From Orbicella franksi (taxonomy: Eukaryota), in assembly GCA_964199315.1 (NCBI GenBank), contig OZ116700.1, positions 31,806,001-31,870,000 on the forward strand: a stretch of DNA of 64,000 bases, given 5' to 3'. Below are positions 34,663 to 49,375 of the stretch, in pieces. Every line of letters begins with the position of its first letter. Position 1 is the first letter of the stretch. The notes beneath the pieces were generated by a model, which saw only the letters and a program-made list of their open reading frames with translations, had not been told where the DNA came from and searched no databases. A program made the position numbers and the translations under genes.

Positions 34663-36446
34663 AGAAATAATAGGAAAGGAAACCGTTTACAACGAACATT
34701 AGCAATTGATAGAACTGACTGCATGAACTATCTGTTCTTTTCTTGCGACGCACACTTCAAATTACCAAATGATCGTTTATTAGGAAAGAAAAACTAGCAA
34801 ATGAGACAAAGCTAATGGGATATATACATAAGTCAGTTTGTGATCAATGGATAGCGGGATTCTTCAGAGAGAAAATTGTATGAAAAAAATTGAGATCTTC
34901 TATCGTATATGCAAACACTACATTGAGCCCCCTTTTTGGGGGGTGGGGCGGGAGAGATGGGGGTTATAAAATCTCCCGTCTGTCTCCCGTCTGGTCGCAG
35001 TTTCGTAAAGCTCAACCGTGACTGCCTTGAGTAATTACACTTAGTACGTTAAGTGCACAAAGCAAAACTTTTGATCTAGAACATCCGAATTCGCTAATTA
35101 GCATATTAAAAGTGTCTTTCAATTTACAGACCACTCAAAACGACTGGAGTAACACTGAGTTCGATCAAGGCAGAATTTTCTGGGGTATTTAAATTAACGT
35201 CTTGAAACTGTTGTATGTAGTGTCAATTCTCAACAAGAGAAATTTCTCGACTATAAACAAATTTTCAAGAGATGAAAATTTTTCCAAGTAGATGATGCAG
35301 AAGCTTTCTCATGCCATGATTCCTTTCCTTCACTGATGTAATTTTCAGAACATTCGTGATCTTTCTATTTCGTCTAAGTCCCTGTTTAAACGCCTTGCTG
35401 CTTTCTGGAATCTACTCCAGACGAAATGGTTCGACAAATTTCCCAAAGCGTTGGCGGAGCCACCGCAAACCCACGCACTTGATCTATCAAGGTTAATCAG
35501 ATACGAGTTCAGTGTTTAATAGCAACATGATACATATATTAAACAAAATGGTTCCAGCTTCCAAGAATAGTTGGTCCTATTTACTAGCTATTATGAATTC
35601 AACGTGATGCAGTGAAAGAGAAACAGCCGTGAAACTTCATTAAACTATTAGGTGAAAGTTTTAGTAAAAGTTTGGCCAATTCGCCCGCAGTTCTTTTCCG
35701 ATCGAGAGGTTGTTTTTGCGGTAATGATACAAACAACGCCAGAATAAGAAGTCAATTGTTCTACTTCATTAGTTTCCTGCCCTGTGGCACTGCGAATAAA
35801 AAATAACTCTGAAGCTATTGGCTAGATTAAGTGTGACTCGCAAAACTTGTTTTGCTGTGTGCAGTGTTCTTCTTTGTTTCATTGAGCGACGGAAGAGCTC
35901 TTGTTCCTATGCAAAGAGTTCTTTAATTTAATTGGTTCTCGGTCTCTTCACTGAGTTCAATTTACCACGGTCTATAAATAGTAATATAAATATCCCTGCA
36001 AGTTGTAAACCGAACGTGCGGTGGTACGCGTTTTTGACCAGTCTTCCTTTTGAACGTTGATATTGCCAAGTCTGCAAGCCGAGGAAACAACTGACACAAG
36101 GCCAGAGACATTGTCGAAGTTAAGATTTGAGGCTCAAGGTAGGAAAATGCGGCATGGAAAAAAGGACGTATGAGATAGTCATTGTAATCGTCTGTGAGAC
36201 AACAAGGAATATTTCAGTCGTACTTGTTGAATATGTATCATTAGCTTAGATAGACTTAGACGCTACCTTCCCGGCTTACAACGGTATGCTTAGCATTTTG
36301 TCTATTTTAATGGAAAAATTCAAGCTAGTCCGCCCAACTTGTTTGTTTTGACGGCTCTGACTGGGTTCACGGTGACGGAACTCTGATACCACGATCGTCA
36401 GTCCCTTAATCACCGCCGCTAGTTTGAAGCCTTCAAGACTATAATA

Positions 36447-36927
36447 CCTGGGGGGACTCCCACATAAAAAGAACGGGGGTGCTCTTCGGAAATTTTGCAA
36501 AGAATCCCTGAGAGGTACCAAGATCCTGTTTTGTGGGCGTGGCTTGAAATTTTTTCACCGCTAAGAAGTACCAATTCTGAAACAACACATTGACTGAAAC
36601 TTTCATGCATAAACTGCTCGCTGATTAGCTGAAAATCTTTCGCTTATGCTTATGCGTATGCTTATTGCAACATGCCGGCGCCCTCACTGGACATAACAGC
36701 GACATAATCATAAGAAGAACGCAAGGTTTTGATATTCTTATGGTTATACTTATTTCGCAGCCGTTCTCACTAGCGCATAAGCTTCCTTTATGCTTATATT
36801 ATGCTTGCGTCGCTAGTGTGAACCGGAATTAAGAGGTATCAAAACCGCTTTCTTTAGCCCCTGAAAGGTACGACGAGCACCCCCGTCATTTTTATATTGA
36901 AGTCCCCCCTTCCCCCCTCCCCCTAGG
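36447..36927. mobile_element. Composite repeat: G-run-terminated element with an internal (AGCATA)n-type MITE
   Basis: Both ends read inward as GGGGGACT..ATAAAAA..ACGGGGTGCTC. The interior carries TTATGCTTGCGTCGCTAGTGTGAACC, matching the 34542 family. Confidence 0.55.
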
Positions 36928-37149
36928 TTTAATGTCGATAATACTCGAATAAAATCTATTTTTGGTGTATTTTCAATCACATCTGGAACATGCGCACAAA
37001 TACATGCGTGTATGGTAGTCGACAATCAAAGCTGTTTAACTGGTTTTTGGTGGAAAATTTATTGTGAATTAAGTCTGCTTGGTAAGTTCTCAGGGCTGTT
37101 TGCAGTATTACATTAAATTCTATATTAAAAGTTTATTGCGATCTTCAAA

Positions 37150-37580
37150 GTAAAGTAAAGGAAAGTAAAGACTTAATTTAAAGAGGGTTTACACTAAATA
37201 TCCAAAGCTTATAAACTCGTGGCATTCTATAATACTCATATTACAATTTCGATGGCACTAAGAATTAAAATTGAATAGCAAATACTATGTAATAAAAATA
37301 TAAGATATAACTCTGATATAATAGCCGAAATCTAAACTCATCATTGTTATTAAAAAACGGAATGAAGAGCCTGCTCTTGACTAAAAAGTTCATTCCACAT
37401 TGCGTATTCGAAACTAATGAGCGAGTCCCTTTGTCTTATACAGTGATAAACTGTTCCACGCTTTGAGTACGTGTCGTGGTGGTAAAAGTTCTTCCACCTT
37501 CGGTCTGGCGATTAAATCTAGGGGGAAATTAAGTTAACATTAGCATATCTAATCTGTGATTAATTTCAACTATTTTTTCC
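37150..37580 (-). mobile_element. Decayed LINE (CR1/L2-like) 3' end
   Basis: Frameshifted minus-strand pieces RYANVNLISP / PRFNRQTEGGRTFT / LKAWNSLS / IRQRDSLISFEYAMWNELF, and a (TTTAC)n tail at about 37150-37175. Confidence 0.65.
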
Positions 37581-38800
37581 ATTCTGGCCTTCAACTCCGA
37601 AACAAACAGTGCCTCATAGAGTTTCTGTACAAAAGGCTCTTCACTTCTTTTCAGGCATTGGGCCACGTGGGGTGAGCGTTGTACAATTCTGCTTTGATTC
37701 GTGACTGAAAAACTCAAGTTTAAGTACCGTTCCCAAGTGTGTGACACATATGCAAATTGATTTCCTTCTGAAGGGTGTCCCAAAACAGCACTGAACTAGA
37801 AATGGCAAACTTTTTCAAAACAGGGCGAGTTTCAATTACCTTCCCGATTGATGTCAGTCTTGCCCATCTTTGTATACACTACACTATAATGGGTTCTCGC
37901 CTGCATGTGAGCTTTTCACTGGTTTGCCCAGCAGCGACAGCCTGTTTACTTTGGTTCACCAGAAAATAAAGTGATGAGTTAAGGCAGAGACCAGTTATTA
38001 CTCGTTCCGTCTAAACTACGTGCAAGACCCTCCGTAAAAGCCACATTCCGTTTGCTTGGGGTGTCTCTTTAAGTTGCTCAGGTATGAGCTGTTAAATCTT
38101 CGGCGATTGCTCAGCTATCAAATAAAATTTCAGCTCAGCTTTAAGAAGATTTTGCACACTTTCAGATCTCAGCAATCACTAAAAAAATAGCAATCAGTAG
38201 AACCCCATTCAGACCCTTTGCTCACAAAGCTCGCTTTACTCAAACACTTCTGCCGGAATCACGCAGCTCAATTTCAGCAAGAGAATGCTCCTCTACAGAT
38301 CTATTTCTGTCGCGGTGAAACGTGTTCGTTTGGGTCCAACAAACATTTGCACGTGCTCACTAGCTGCAAAATAAAGAAGCCTTCGTGGCGCAGTAAATTA
38401 ATAACAAAATAGTCTTCGTGGTGTAGATTCCAAGTTAGTCACGTACAAGTCAACTCGAAATGGTCGGCACGATTTCCAAAAATACTTTAGACAACAAAGC
38501 ATGCAGTTTTCCTATCTGAACGTGACCCAAATAACTGCAATGAAATTTTGGAATTTTTCCACCAGCGTTTTATGACGATTTTAGAAACGAATAGAAACAT
38601 TTTATCACGATGGAAAGAAATGATATCTTAGCACACCCTCTCTGCTAAGGATAGTATAACTTAGGAAGGAAATTCTGCAAATATACCCCTCTCCCAATGC
38701 ATCGCTCGTTCAATGTCACAAAAAAACTCACCCTCCTCTGGGCATGATATGAGAGTGTTTCTGAATGTACAATTGTATGTCGGTCGTTTGTTGTTAATAT

Positions 38801-38970
38801 CCGGAGGGGGTTATTCCCAGAACATTTGGGTAAAGATGTGGGGCTTCTTGAAACCTTTATCTATTTCATACCAAAATGTTTGCTTTTCAAATTTCTACCC
38901 TATTGCCACGGACCCGAAACAAAACTCAATAGCCTGTTTCAGAGCAAACACTCACCTGTCAATTCTTCGG
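38801..38970 (+). repeat. Degenerate G-run-terminated interspersed repeat
   Basis: CCGGAGGGGGTTATTCCCAGAACATTTGGGTA...ACCCTATT motifs. Family is recalled, not demonstrated by a second copy in this window. Confidence 0.35.
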
Positions 38971-40644
38971 TTTGCATAAACATTGAGAAGGACATCAATT
39001 TGGAAATGTTAATTAGATAACGCTTCCCAGAAAGCGAATTACAACAGCGATAAAAGTATTTTTCCCAGAACTATCCCTAACTGCGGACAAGAATGAACAC
39101 ACCACAACCTCTTTCAGACCAAAAAGCAAGCCTAAACGGCTCACAAATGACACCCTTTAGTGCTGCGTATTCCACTGTAGCTTAAGGTAGTAGCGCCCCC
39201 CCCCCCCTCCCTACCGCTAATCCACCACTCCCATCACCTCTTCCCAGGGTTCACATGTTACGTGCTCCAGCAAAATTCAAGACTAAATCCGGCTACAATC
39301 ACTAGTTCTATTTCGAGCTATGCAAACATGACAGAGTCTTAACATTTTTGTAAATAAGATCGCTTTGGATCGGAAATGGTACCGGAGAAAGCCTCTTAAA
39401 TAAACTTCAAAGACCACCCTTGCATGGATTAATACTTTATAATACTGCTCAACACTTTGTCTGAGCCAAGATAACAACTATTGTGTAAAGTTGTTACAGA
39501 GGCCTAATGTAGTTTACTGTCATCTGATCAAAAAACTTTGCGCGCATCCTTCTCGATGATAATTAAGGACGTGAGTCTATTAAACAAATCGATCCCTATC
39601 TTTGGACCAATTTCATTAATCATACGACGGCACGCTTGGTTAAATATGTGTCCGTATGTGTTCGTGTAATGACCTGGCAACAACCGCAGCTTCCGGTCAC
39701 CAAGCACGTGTCTCCGGTAGCCGGTCCGAGGGCCTTCACGTTGACAAATAGATGATTTGTCTCGCTCGAGAAGAAGAACGAAACACTAGAGGCAACAGCG
39801 ATGGACATCAGTTTGTTTTTAGACATATACGGTTTCCATCTCTTGAAATCTTTTCAAAACTGCGATCTGTAATAGCCCTCAAAAATGCGCACAATGTAAA
39901 GAATGCCTTTTTTTACGATCGGACTTTGTTATCACCCCCTACTCTTTTCTTCGAGTCACAATTATGAACACCCGTATTCCCGCCAGAATGTTTTAGATTT
40001 TTTTGTCATCCATAAGGTGACGAGAATTAACTCATGATCAGAACTTAATTCTCGATTCTGGAGAATCCGACCGGATGATCTTGACTGAATCAACTATCAA
40101 CTGCTAAACTAACATCGAAGCAAATGTAACATTTAGAGCTTTAACTGACAAATGGGAGAACTTTATGTCTTTGTGCAAATGAAATTCACGCTTCACTAGT
40201 ATAATCCGTCGTGACTTTGGCCTTGAAGGAAGTATAACTCTGCAGATGAGCTCTTAGTACCACACAATAAAACTCTTTAATCATAAAGTAGGCTAGGCTA
40301 TTTTCATGGCAAAAACTTCGCTCTTGCAACAATCGAGAGCTATACACTTACGTAAGTCCGACACTTATAAAAATAACTTACGATCTGTGAGTCCTAACTA
40401 TTTTATTTTTTTGTCTCATTGTTCATGAGGAATTTGTCGCCAAAAAGACTATTGTAATCAACTGTTTTGAGACAACAAGGCTTATTCCTTATCGTGACCA
40501 AACGTGCAGATGCATAAATTGAAACAAGTAAACACTCAGTGATTTGGCGCCTTTATTAGTGTTACTGGAGGTTTCGAGACGGTCCTTAGCCAGTTCTTTT
40601 GAAAAGCTATCCGTCTCACGAGATACTGTGGTTTCCAGTTTAGT

Positions 40645-41008
40645 AAGGAGCTTAAGTAGCCACAACGGCGACGCTGAGGACAACGTCGATTAAAAAATAA
40701 AATTTGTATTTTACCTTTACGAATCTCGCGGTACTCTAAAGTCATTTACTTTGTTTATCACTGTCACTGTCAAAACCGACTAACACAAGACTAAATCTGG
40801 AACACAGCGATAAATTTGAAACTGTCTGAGAAATTTAAAAAAAATTAGCCGTTGTGGGTCATTGCAGGCTGCTGTTTTGCAGAGGACGGTCAAGAAATGT
40901 ATCAAGAATTATATTAAGCCGACAAGCACAGCCATTGTCCTGCTCATTGAAACTTTTGTTTAGCGACGTTCCCATTGCCGTTGCCGTTGTGGCTTTCTTA
41001 AACTCCCT
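40645..41008. mobile_element. PIF/Harbinger-type MITE, complete copy
   Basis: TIRs AAGGAGCTTAAG / CTTAAACTCCCT, flanking 3-bp direct repeat AGT, homologous to 17477-18200. Confidence 0.75.
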
Positions 41009-42983
41009 AGTGTAGGCGTATGATATGTTGAAAGGCGGGTAATCAGAAAACAACTTCCTTTGCTTGTAAACCCATTTCTTTAAGTTGTAGCCATGCAGAC
41101 GTTTTTTCGCGATTAGTGTTCATTCCGGCATAACGGTGTGGTCAACGAAGCAACGCCGAAAATCAGAAACAACTTCCTTTGTTGCTTACACTTTCCTTTA
41201 AATTGTGGCCGGGCGTTTTTTCTCGATCAGTATTCTTCATAACTGCAAGGCAACGCAACGCCGGCCGAACTGAGCAATTATCAGTGTCGCAAACTTACAA
41301 TGGGTCGCCACTATAATATCACAGATCCCGTGGAGGTGGAATTTGTGTCGCAGGTTTTACTTGGTAAAGTACTGAACATATTAACTACTAATTGTAGATA
41401 CGTATAAGCTAGTGCTTCGAAAGACAAGAACAAAAACGTTTTAGTCGTTTTTTCGCGTTCGAGCACGTGACTTTTGCAAGCCATATATATGTTCGTCTCG
41501 TGTACAGTATTCCTGACCGGTAAGGCCTGTTTCATGCTTGCGACATACATGTAACTACATTAGACACCGTCACACATTAAACGAGGCTCAAATTGGTCTT
41601 GTATGTAAAACTTTGGATCTACCAAGTTGTTAAACTGAACGTTAGCGTTACAGTTGAATCCACCAATAAACATAAAGTTTATCGGCGAAGAAAAAAATTG
41701 ATTCGGCTTCAAGATGCTAGAGAAACATATCGAGCATATACACATGGATGCCAAATTCTTAGGGAAGACTAAATTAAAAGTTCTTGATTTAGTTAAAAAA
41801 GATATATCAGTAGAATAATTTAAAGGATGTTAATTCGACTGAAGCAGTTGTTGATCAGTTATCTGCCTTCAGAAGAAGTAGTTTCTCCCGAAGTTCCGTC
41901 ATTTTGAAAACTTGAGAGCGAAATGCGGTCACTGGATGTGTCGCTATTGCAAACCAGTCACATTGAGATCACTTTTCTAAACTTTAATTTCGGATATGCG
42001 GTATTTCTTAAATGCTTGCCCTCCGTTTTCAAACTCTACTGACAAACGGTATCCCCCGTGGAATTTAAAGAGATTTTAAAATGATCACTTTTTCCCTGTA
42101 TTACTAGTTTGACAGTACACTGCGCAATAAAGGTTCAGTAATACGAATTTCTGTTCGGCAATATTAGTAGCCGGTACCCGGCTTACCAATTCAAACGATT
42201 ATAACAAATACCAAGGACACGTACTGTGTTAATTCTACTATGATTGCCTTTCACAATTGGCAAGAAGATATAAATTAAGTTGACGGAATTTTCTTACAAA
42301 CCAAAGTTGTATATATTCTCTCTTTCCACCCACGCGAGTCTTTATAATATCACGGTTGCTGGAATAAGTTGCGCCGCTTACTCAACTGAGAAAGGGGGAA
42401 TCAACCCCCCCCCTCCCCCCCCCCCAAAAGACTTCTTGCATGGAACTGGGAAATAAACTGATCTAATGCAAGAAACAGCTCATCTCGTATGTAAATATAG
42501 TGTACACTTAAGCTACTTCCTCAAGTACCAATTCAGGTTTCTGTGCTAAATCTAGAAGCGAAGAGGGTTGCTACCTTCAGAACTTTCCGTTAGGCGGCTC
42601 ATTTACGTAGCTAGCGTTTGACGCAAGTTTAACCGCAATGCGCAAAACCACCCTCTTAATTGATTGTATTGTCGCATGGTTCGTACCTACTCAGGCTGCG
42701 GTTGAGCGAGTTGTGAGCGGCCAGACATACAATAGTCTACGTGCCCACGATCGAAAGTTGCCATATATTTTTAATTCGGCTGTATTCATTAACTTAGTTA
42801 CTAATATAATATATATATACTAATTAGCCAATGAGACAAAAATTGATTACCTAAACGAGCTTTCTGTGACCTAAACGAAAAAAAGCTGACGTTGGATGGG
42901 TACGCTTTTAAGGCTACGATCACGCACACACCGTGAAGCCACACACAAATGTATTAGATTCAATACTTTATATTTCTAATCGG

Positions 42984-43156
42984 CAGTTGAATCCCGCTAT
43001 TTCGAACTCTCAGGGAAACGGAAAATAGTTCGAAATAGCGAGAGTTCGAAATAGACCATAGTCAATGACTGAAAAGCAAATTCAAGAGAAATGGTTTTGA
43101 GTTCTAAATAACGGGGAATTTGAAACAACCGAGTTTAAATTAGTGGAGTCCAACTG
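42984..43156. mobile_element. Tc1/mariner-type MITE (CAGT...ACTG ends)
   Basis: CAGTTGAATCCCGCTATTTCGAAC ... GGAGTCCAACTG|TA, with internal GTTCGAAATAG repeats. Related to 59832-59995. Confidence 0.65.
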
Positions 43157-46100
43157 TATTCGCAGCTGCACTGTTTTAAACAAGTGAACACTCTATTTAA
43201 ATATTTGAAATCGTTGTCTGCACGAAGTTTTCAAAAAATTAATTCCAAACCTGTAATTTAAAAAGGGAGGTTGTGCTTTACTCAAATACTTAAAACCAGC
43301 ATAGCTAAAACTCGAAGGATCTTGGCCGCGGTATCCGATAAATTTTGAAAAGTGCTTCCAAAAGGCATCGTGAAGGTCTCTTTTCAATCACCCCTTTCCG
43401 CCTTCCGAAAATTCGATTTCTGATAAATTCTGTTTCAGACATTTAGGTATTTTACGGATAAAATATCTAAGGAATGATGATATGTACCTGGGTAACACAG
43501 AAAGGAAAACAGTTTGAACTTCAAACTAGAAGGTCTGGAAGAAATGTCATTTAAATAAATTGAAATAAGCCAAAACTATGTAAGGGCGCCTCAGCTTTTT
43601 ATTTATAATTATCTTTCTATGGACTAGAAAAGGCAACACATGAAGATTTATCGTGTTTAGTTTGCAAGGATAAATACGGATGCTGTCTCGACAAAATTAA
43701 AATTATCATCGTCATTAAAGAGACTAGTTCTCGAAATATCTTTGCACGTGCTGCAGACCTATGTACGTGCGATGAGCACGAGCTTTCTTGGAAAGGTTCC
43801 GAGTGAATGTGGAGCCTGTCAGCATTTCTGTTTTTCTTGTAATTAGGAAGATGTGCGCGTTCATGATCATGAAGTGATTTCTCCCATTTTTTCGGTTGCA
43901 TTGGAGGTAAGACTTAGTCTTCAAATTACAAACAGCAGTGACTAAGAAATGCACCATGCCAATTTCTTAAAACACGACTTTTCAACTCGAGGAATAAAAT
44001 GAAGCATTAAGTAATCATTCTTAATATACATTTTGGTTGGAACTTCGTGACTTCTGAACGAATCAATGATTTCTGAAGTGTACAAAAACAATGGTTGAAG
44101 AAACTGGAAACTTAACTCTGCTAATTATGTTCCAGACATAAAAATTTGACCTCATGCAGTACATCAAAAACAAGACAGGAAAATATGTAAAATATTATCA
44201 CGAGAACCTCTAAGATCGCTACTTTCACATCAAAAAGTTAGCTACGGATAAAAAAAAAATTTAAGGCGAACGTATGAAAGGGAAAATGACCTATTTCTGA
44301 TTTAAAACGGATTAACATGTATAGAACGTTACTTTAAAATGTTCATAGTGTTTTAAACAGCGTTATTTGAATCACTTTGTGTCAATAAGGTTATCTTTGT
44401 AAAGTGATCTTAATTTGGAAACAGTTCGTCAAGTTTTCGACTAATTGTAGATGAAAGTCCAAGTAAAAAGGTCAACCTTGGACTTTGCCTGTAACTATAT
44501 TCTTTAGATTCATTTCTCAACGAAACTCGTAGGCTCCAAAAATCGCATTTTGCATACGCCGGACTTCAGTTTTTGTTAGCCTAACTCGTTAAGAAAAAGC
44601 TTGCAGAGCAACAGACAGAGCTAGATGCATCACATTTCAGTTGGCCTTCAAACCTAGGCCTTTAACGGGACATACTTGATTTCCTTGAAGTTTTTCTGAT
44701 ATTACAATCTGTTTTGCTTATCAAAAAGACTGGTCTCCTGGGTAGAGGCAGAGAAAAATCAGTGTATGAAAGAAACAAACGCCATGAAATACCGGTTGCC
44801 GGTTAGTGGCATTTGCACTTTTAGGCCACGTCAGAGCTGAACAATCAATGCAGTATGAGTAGAACATCACTTTTTCGGACATTTCCCTTTTCACAGTGAC
44901 CTTCACCACTAAACCGCAAACCAATATTTGAATCTGGTCCATAACAGGATGAAAAACGAGTACATTTTGCCCTCAAATTGACAGCACTTACAATAAATTG
45001 TTTGGCACTTTTGTTTGGCACTTAGCTTTTGCACAAGGGTGCCAACAAAGTCGAGATTTCCTTGTTGCTCCATCTGTTTCGCTAAGTCATTTTTCTTACA
45101 GCCGGGTTGGCATGCAATCTATAATAATCAAACGGAAAAATTATTTTGATGAAAATTACCTCCGGTCAACACTTTACTTCAACTTTCTGTAATTCCTAAC
45201 ATTTAATTACTAACATTTCTCTTCTAGAATTAACCCTGTAAACTGAATGTACGTGCTCATTTTTCTCCCAGACTGATTCACTTAACAATATAACACGTAT
45301 ATAAAAAATATTTAGCTTTGAACTGCTAAGAGCAGGTCTTTGTCTTTAATAATCCGAGATTGTCTGTCTGTGTGGCTTAAGATTGCCTTTAATTCGTGCT
45401 ATATTTAGATTCTCGCTTCATCTAATCTAAGAAGGTCACGAGGTTTGCTTTGGATACTGTGTTTAAATTTCTATATTGCATCAATAAAATCGTATTTATA
45501 TAAGTTTACTTTCAAGCTTACTTGCTGTGATTTTTTGATAACGGCAAGAAAAGAAATTAAAACTCATTGTTCCAACTATTTGAAATATTCATGAGAGAAA
45601 CCGAATATTCTGCATCCAAAAATGCGCTCAGAAATACATCTTTTCACCCCCCAAGATAACAGAGAGCTTTATGTAATCTTAAAATGTTAGTTCCACCGGT
45701 GCAACATATATTGTTTAGACTGATAATTTCCCAGCATGAACTCTAGTTTACTTTGTCATACCAACATGACATTGCATTTCTTTGCAGAACATAACAAAGC
45801 ATTTTATTTCAGTGTACGTGAGCTCTCTAAGGTCTTCAGTTGTGTTTACAATCGATTCTACAGCCATGCATGTTGAATAATCTTTGTTTACGTGATCTCG
45901 ACCTCCCAACACGTGGACGCGGAAAAATTGCATCGCGTGACCTGACCTTTGAGACTAAGTAGTTAATTAGCTCTCAGATCATGGTAGCCGTGGTCTATGA
46001 CTGTGTGCGGAATCTAGCGGTTTTTGAGGTGTAATATCTGCAGAAGACAAAATTTCTTCACGAATTCTGCAGAATTAAATGCAGTTATTATGTAATAATT

Positions 46101-46725
46101 GATCAACTTGTATAGCTGGCTTCTTAAAAATATTCACAAGAGCAGATGAAAAACTCGCTCAAGGAAATAGAATTTGGACCCTCAAAACGCGATTTCGACA
46201 TCCCTTCGTGTCCTAACATAATATAAAGTACAAAAGCAAATATTAGCTTTTCGAGAACGGCTGTTATCTCCATGGCATTACGCGACAAACAAACACAGTT
46301 CGACAAAAATAAATTACAACGAGACTGTCTACGGAATATGCTGATGTACTTCTGTTGTTTCGTGAAGTGGAACAAAAACGTGACTGCATGCCAAGAAACA
46401 CTGTTTATTTCAAGGTTGGGTTACACTTCTTGTCAATGGGGGAGCTATGAAAAATACTGTAGTTGTGCAATCTGATGTATTACAAGCTGGTGCATCTCGT
46501 TACAACCGCCTATTTCTATGTAGATTCGATAAACCCTCACTCTAGGGCCCGCCAAACACGTGGGCGTTGAAAAAGTCATTAATAATCACAGCGCCGTGAT
46601 TCATTTAAATCAATGAGATTTCACGCTATGCGGACTTGAGTTTCTAATTTTATCCTCGGCCGAGACGTACAGCGACACGCGTGTAAACATGCGGAGAACG
46701 TCATGTTTGTCACGTAGTCTTCGTC

Positions 46726-46845
46726 TATATAAGCATCTCTAACATAGTTTCTTGTCTGTGGGCTGTCGTCTCGCGAAGTGCAGACCTGAGAGCGCGATCT
46801 GGTGAAGAACAGAACAGAGAAAATCCGGTTCTCCTTGCAATCAAG
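46726..46845 (+). promoter_or_regulatory. Candidate TATA box and non-coding first exon of CYP paralogue B
   Basis: TATATAAG at 46726-46733 in a CpG-rich patch, then donor CAAG|GTACGC at 46845/46846. A matching acceptor CTTTTTCAG ends at 49363, 12 nt before the CYP ATG. The linkage is inferred. Confidence 0.45.
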
Positions 46846-49375
46846 GTACGCTTGCTGAATTCTAATTCAAACACCGCAGATTGTGATACTTTTTGAAAAC
46901 TTTTTGGCGTGACGAGTAAAGTTTTCCCAGTTTGCTGTTTGACCTCAAATGGGTTCTCGAGGCATTCGCAAAGCTGTACTTCGAACCGGCGAACGGCGAG
47001 CCTTTAGGTAGTTAACATTTTTTCTCTGGGGTAACATCTTGATGTTTCGTGTAAGCTCTGGGGGTTATCGTGCAATCGTGGAGTTCATAAGTTGAAATAA
47101 CAATGTTATAGCGGCTATTTTTTTTGGAGTAGTTCTTGTACATAGTGCCGTTCAAGAGCTCTGTTAACGCCCATCGCAACAGTGCGAATCAAAGAAATTT
47201 TTGCATTCAAGATAATTCCGGGAAATTGAAGCAGGACAAATTTCGCGAGAAATTTTTACAAGTCTTTTGATCTTTCCAATCCACAACTTTTTGGCTTGTA
47301 AATAAGACTAGCTGAAGTTAATTAGACCTCGAATGTTTACACATATCGTTATTATTGCTTGCAATGTTTAAATAGCTCAAAAACCCAGAACTTTCATTAA
47401 GCATGATCAGGATTTCAAAGAAACAGAATACTCCAATTCTTCTTGCTCATTTTTCAGCTCACTTTTATCCAGTGTCTGTCTTCGATAATATAGTTAATTG
47501 TCGAACTTCAATATCTCATATCAAGTCAGTTTTGGTTTCTTTTAAAAGGGAAGTATACACGTTGTTTCAAATTTATTGCAAAGAGGAAGCAAACAAAAAG
47601 TTGTAGTTCTATAGAGCTTTAAAAAGTTCAAGAGTTTATGCATTTTTACTAAATTTCGGGGAGTTTGAAAGGAACCGATCCTAACCTGCTTATAATGACC
47701 GGCCCTTAGTGTGGCGCTTGCAAAATATAGAGTGCTTGATTTAATCTCCTGTCCTATTCAGCGAGCAGCTATGTTTTCTCAGTTGTACTTTGGCAACATA
47801 GTTATCTCTCTTGAAAGTTTAATTCTTGCAGACTACATGTGTCGTGGAGTACAGATATTGACGGTGTTTTCACTCACTTCACAACGAGTTCTTTAACCTA
47901 ACACGTGAACCTAACCCATGTGCAGTACTAATACATGCGTGAGGCTTTGGTAACGGTTGATAGTGAAAGGTTTACCCAGAAAAATTGAACACGGTCTCAG
48001 GCATGTTGTGCCTGATCTATTAAGCCTGGTGCGTCCCTGTTGTAACTTGTAAATAAGAGCTGTTTTCCCCTGATTTTTCTCCAAAATTGGATGTCTCTGT
48101 TTGAAAGCCGCGACTTTAAAGAAATAGATAACATGTGACTTAAATTTCTGTTACATGCATGTTAAGATAATAGAAATTGTGTGACTAGCACAAAGTCCGG
48201 AAAGGCAAATTAAGTATTTGGAACAAATCCTCTTTGAGATGGCGATGATAAACGCAACGTGACTTTTGTCCAAAATACAGGCTTTGTTTTATCTGAAAAA
48301 AATTCCATAAGCCGGTCAAGCTATGATTGGCCTTGATGCTACGAATTTGATTGGCTAAAAAGTGGATTTTGTTCTTTTCTGTCCTTTCCACGTGCTCGTT
48401 TAGCGTTAACCACGTGCACGTGTTTATGTTTATGTATGAATGCTAAGGTCAAGAGCCTTGAGCGAATTCAAATCGACTAACGTGAAATCCAAGGCGGCTC
48501 ATGTAAGCTAGCCATAATGTAACCTAAATATAAAACGGTTTATCTTTGAAGTCTGATCTTTTTCGAGCTGTATTTATAAGTATATCAACTTCCAATTTGG
48601 GAAGGTTGGGAATTCAGTCGAATCAGGTACGGTCCGTTTCATATGGCCTGAAACTTTATAGTCATGATATCGCCTGCGTCGAATTGGAAAACAGTTTTTT
48701 AAAAATAGTTTAAGGTCAAGATCGCGCTCATTCGGCCCGTCTGCTGATTAAAATGGAAAGTGGCGACTAAATATAACTCAGTAACAAAGTTCAGTTTGAT
48801 AAACATTTTGACTCTGACCTGAGAAAGACCGTATGATGATAAAAATATAAAACAAGCAAAATTATGTGCGAAGTTCTCCCTATTAAAGGGGCTTAGTCGT
48901 GTATAATACACTTTTTGGCATTTCCACAAGAAACGGGAAAAGTAAATAAAGAGCTTTAACGAAAAAAAAAAAAAAATAAAATAAAACAAAAATTGCAAAA
49001 ATAAAATTTTCAACCTCGAGAAAATTCGGTCGGTAAAAAGAAACGAGACTTATTCAGTTGAACTGAACAAGTCTCGCTTTTTTTGAACGCGTCGTCACGT
49101 ACTGACCTGTCAAAGTCTGTTTGCGGCTTTTTGAAGAAGATTGAAGTATCGATTTCTAAAAAAAGGCCATTTGACGCATTAACACCCGCTGGGCAGGTCA
49201 ATCAACTCAATAAACTTCACTTGACACCCGCTGGTGAGCTAACGAGGAAACCGGCGTAAACCTGTGGGGTTTTGTTGATGTTCAGAGTAGGTAGCCGAAT
49301 ATTTAAGGTTATTTAAAAACTTCGAACACGTGTAACTAATCAATTACTACTCGTCTTTTTCAGAATTCTTCAAAG

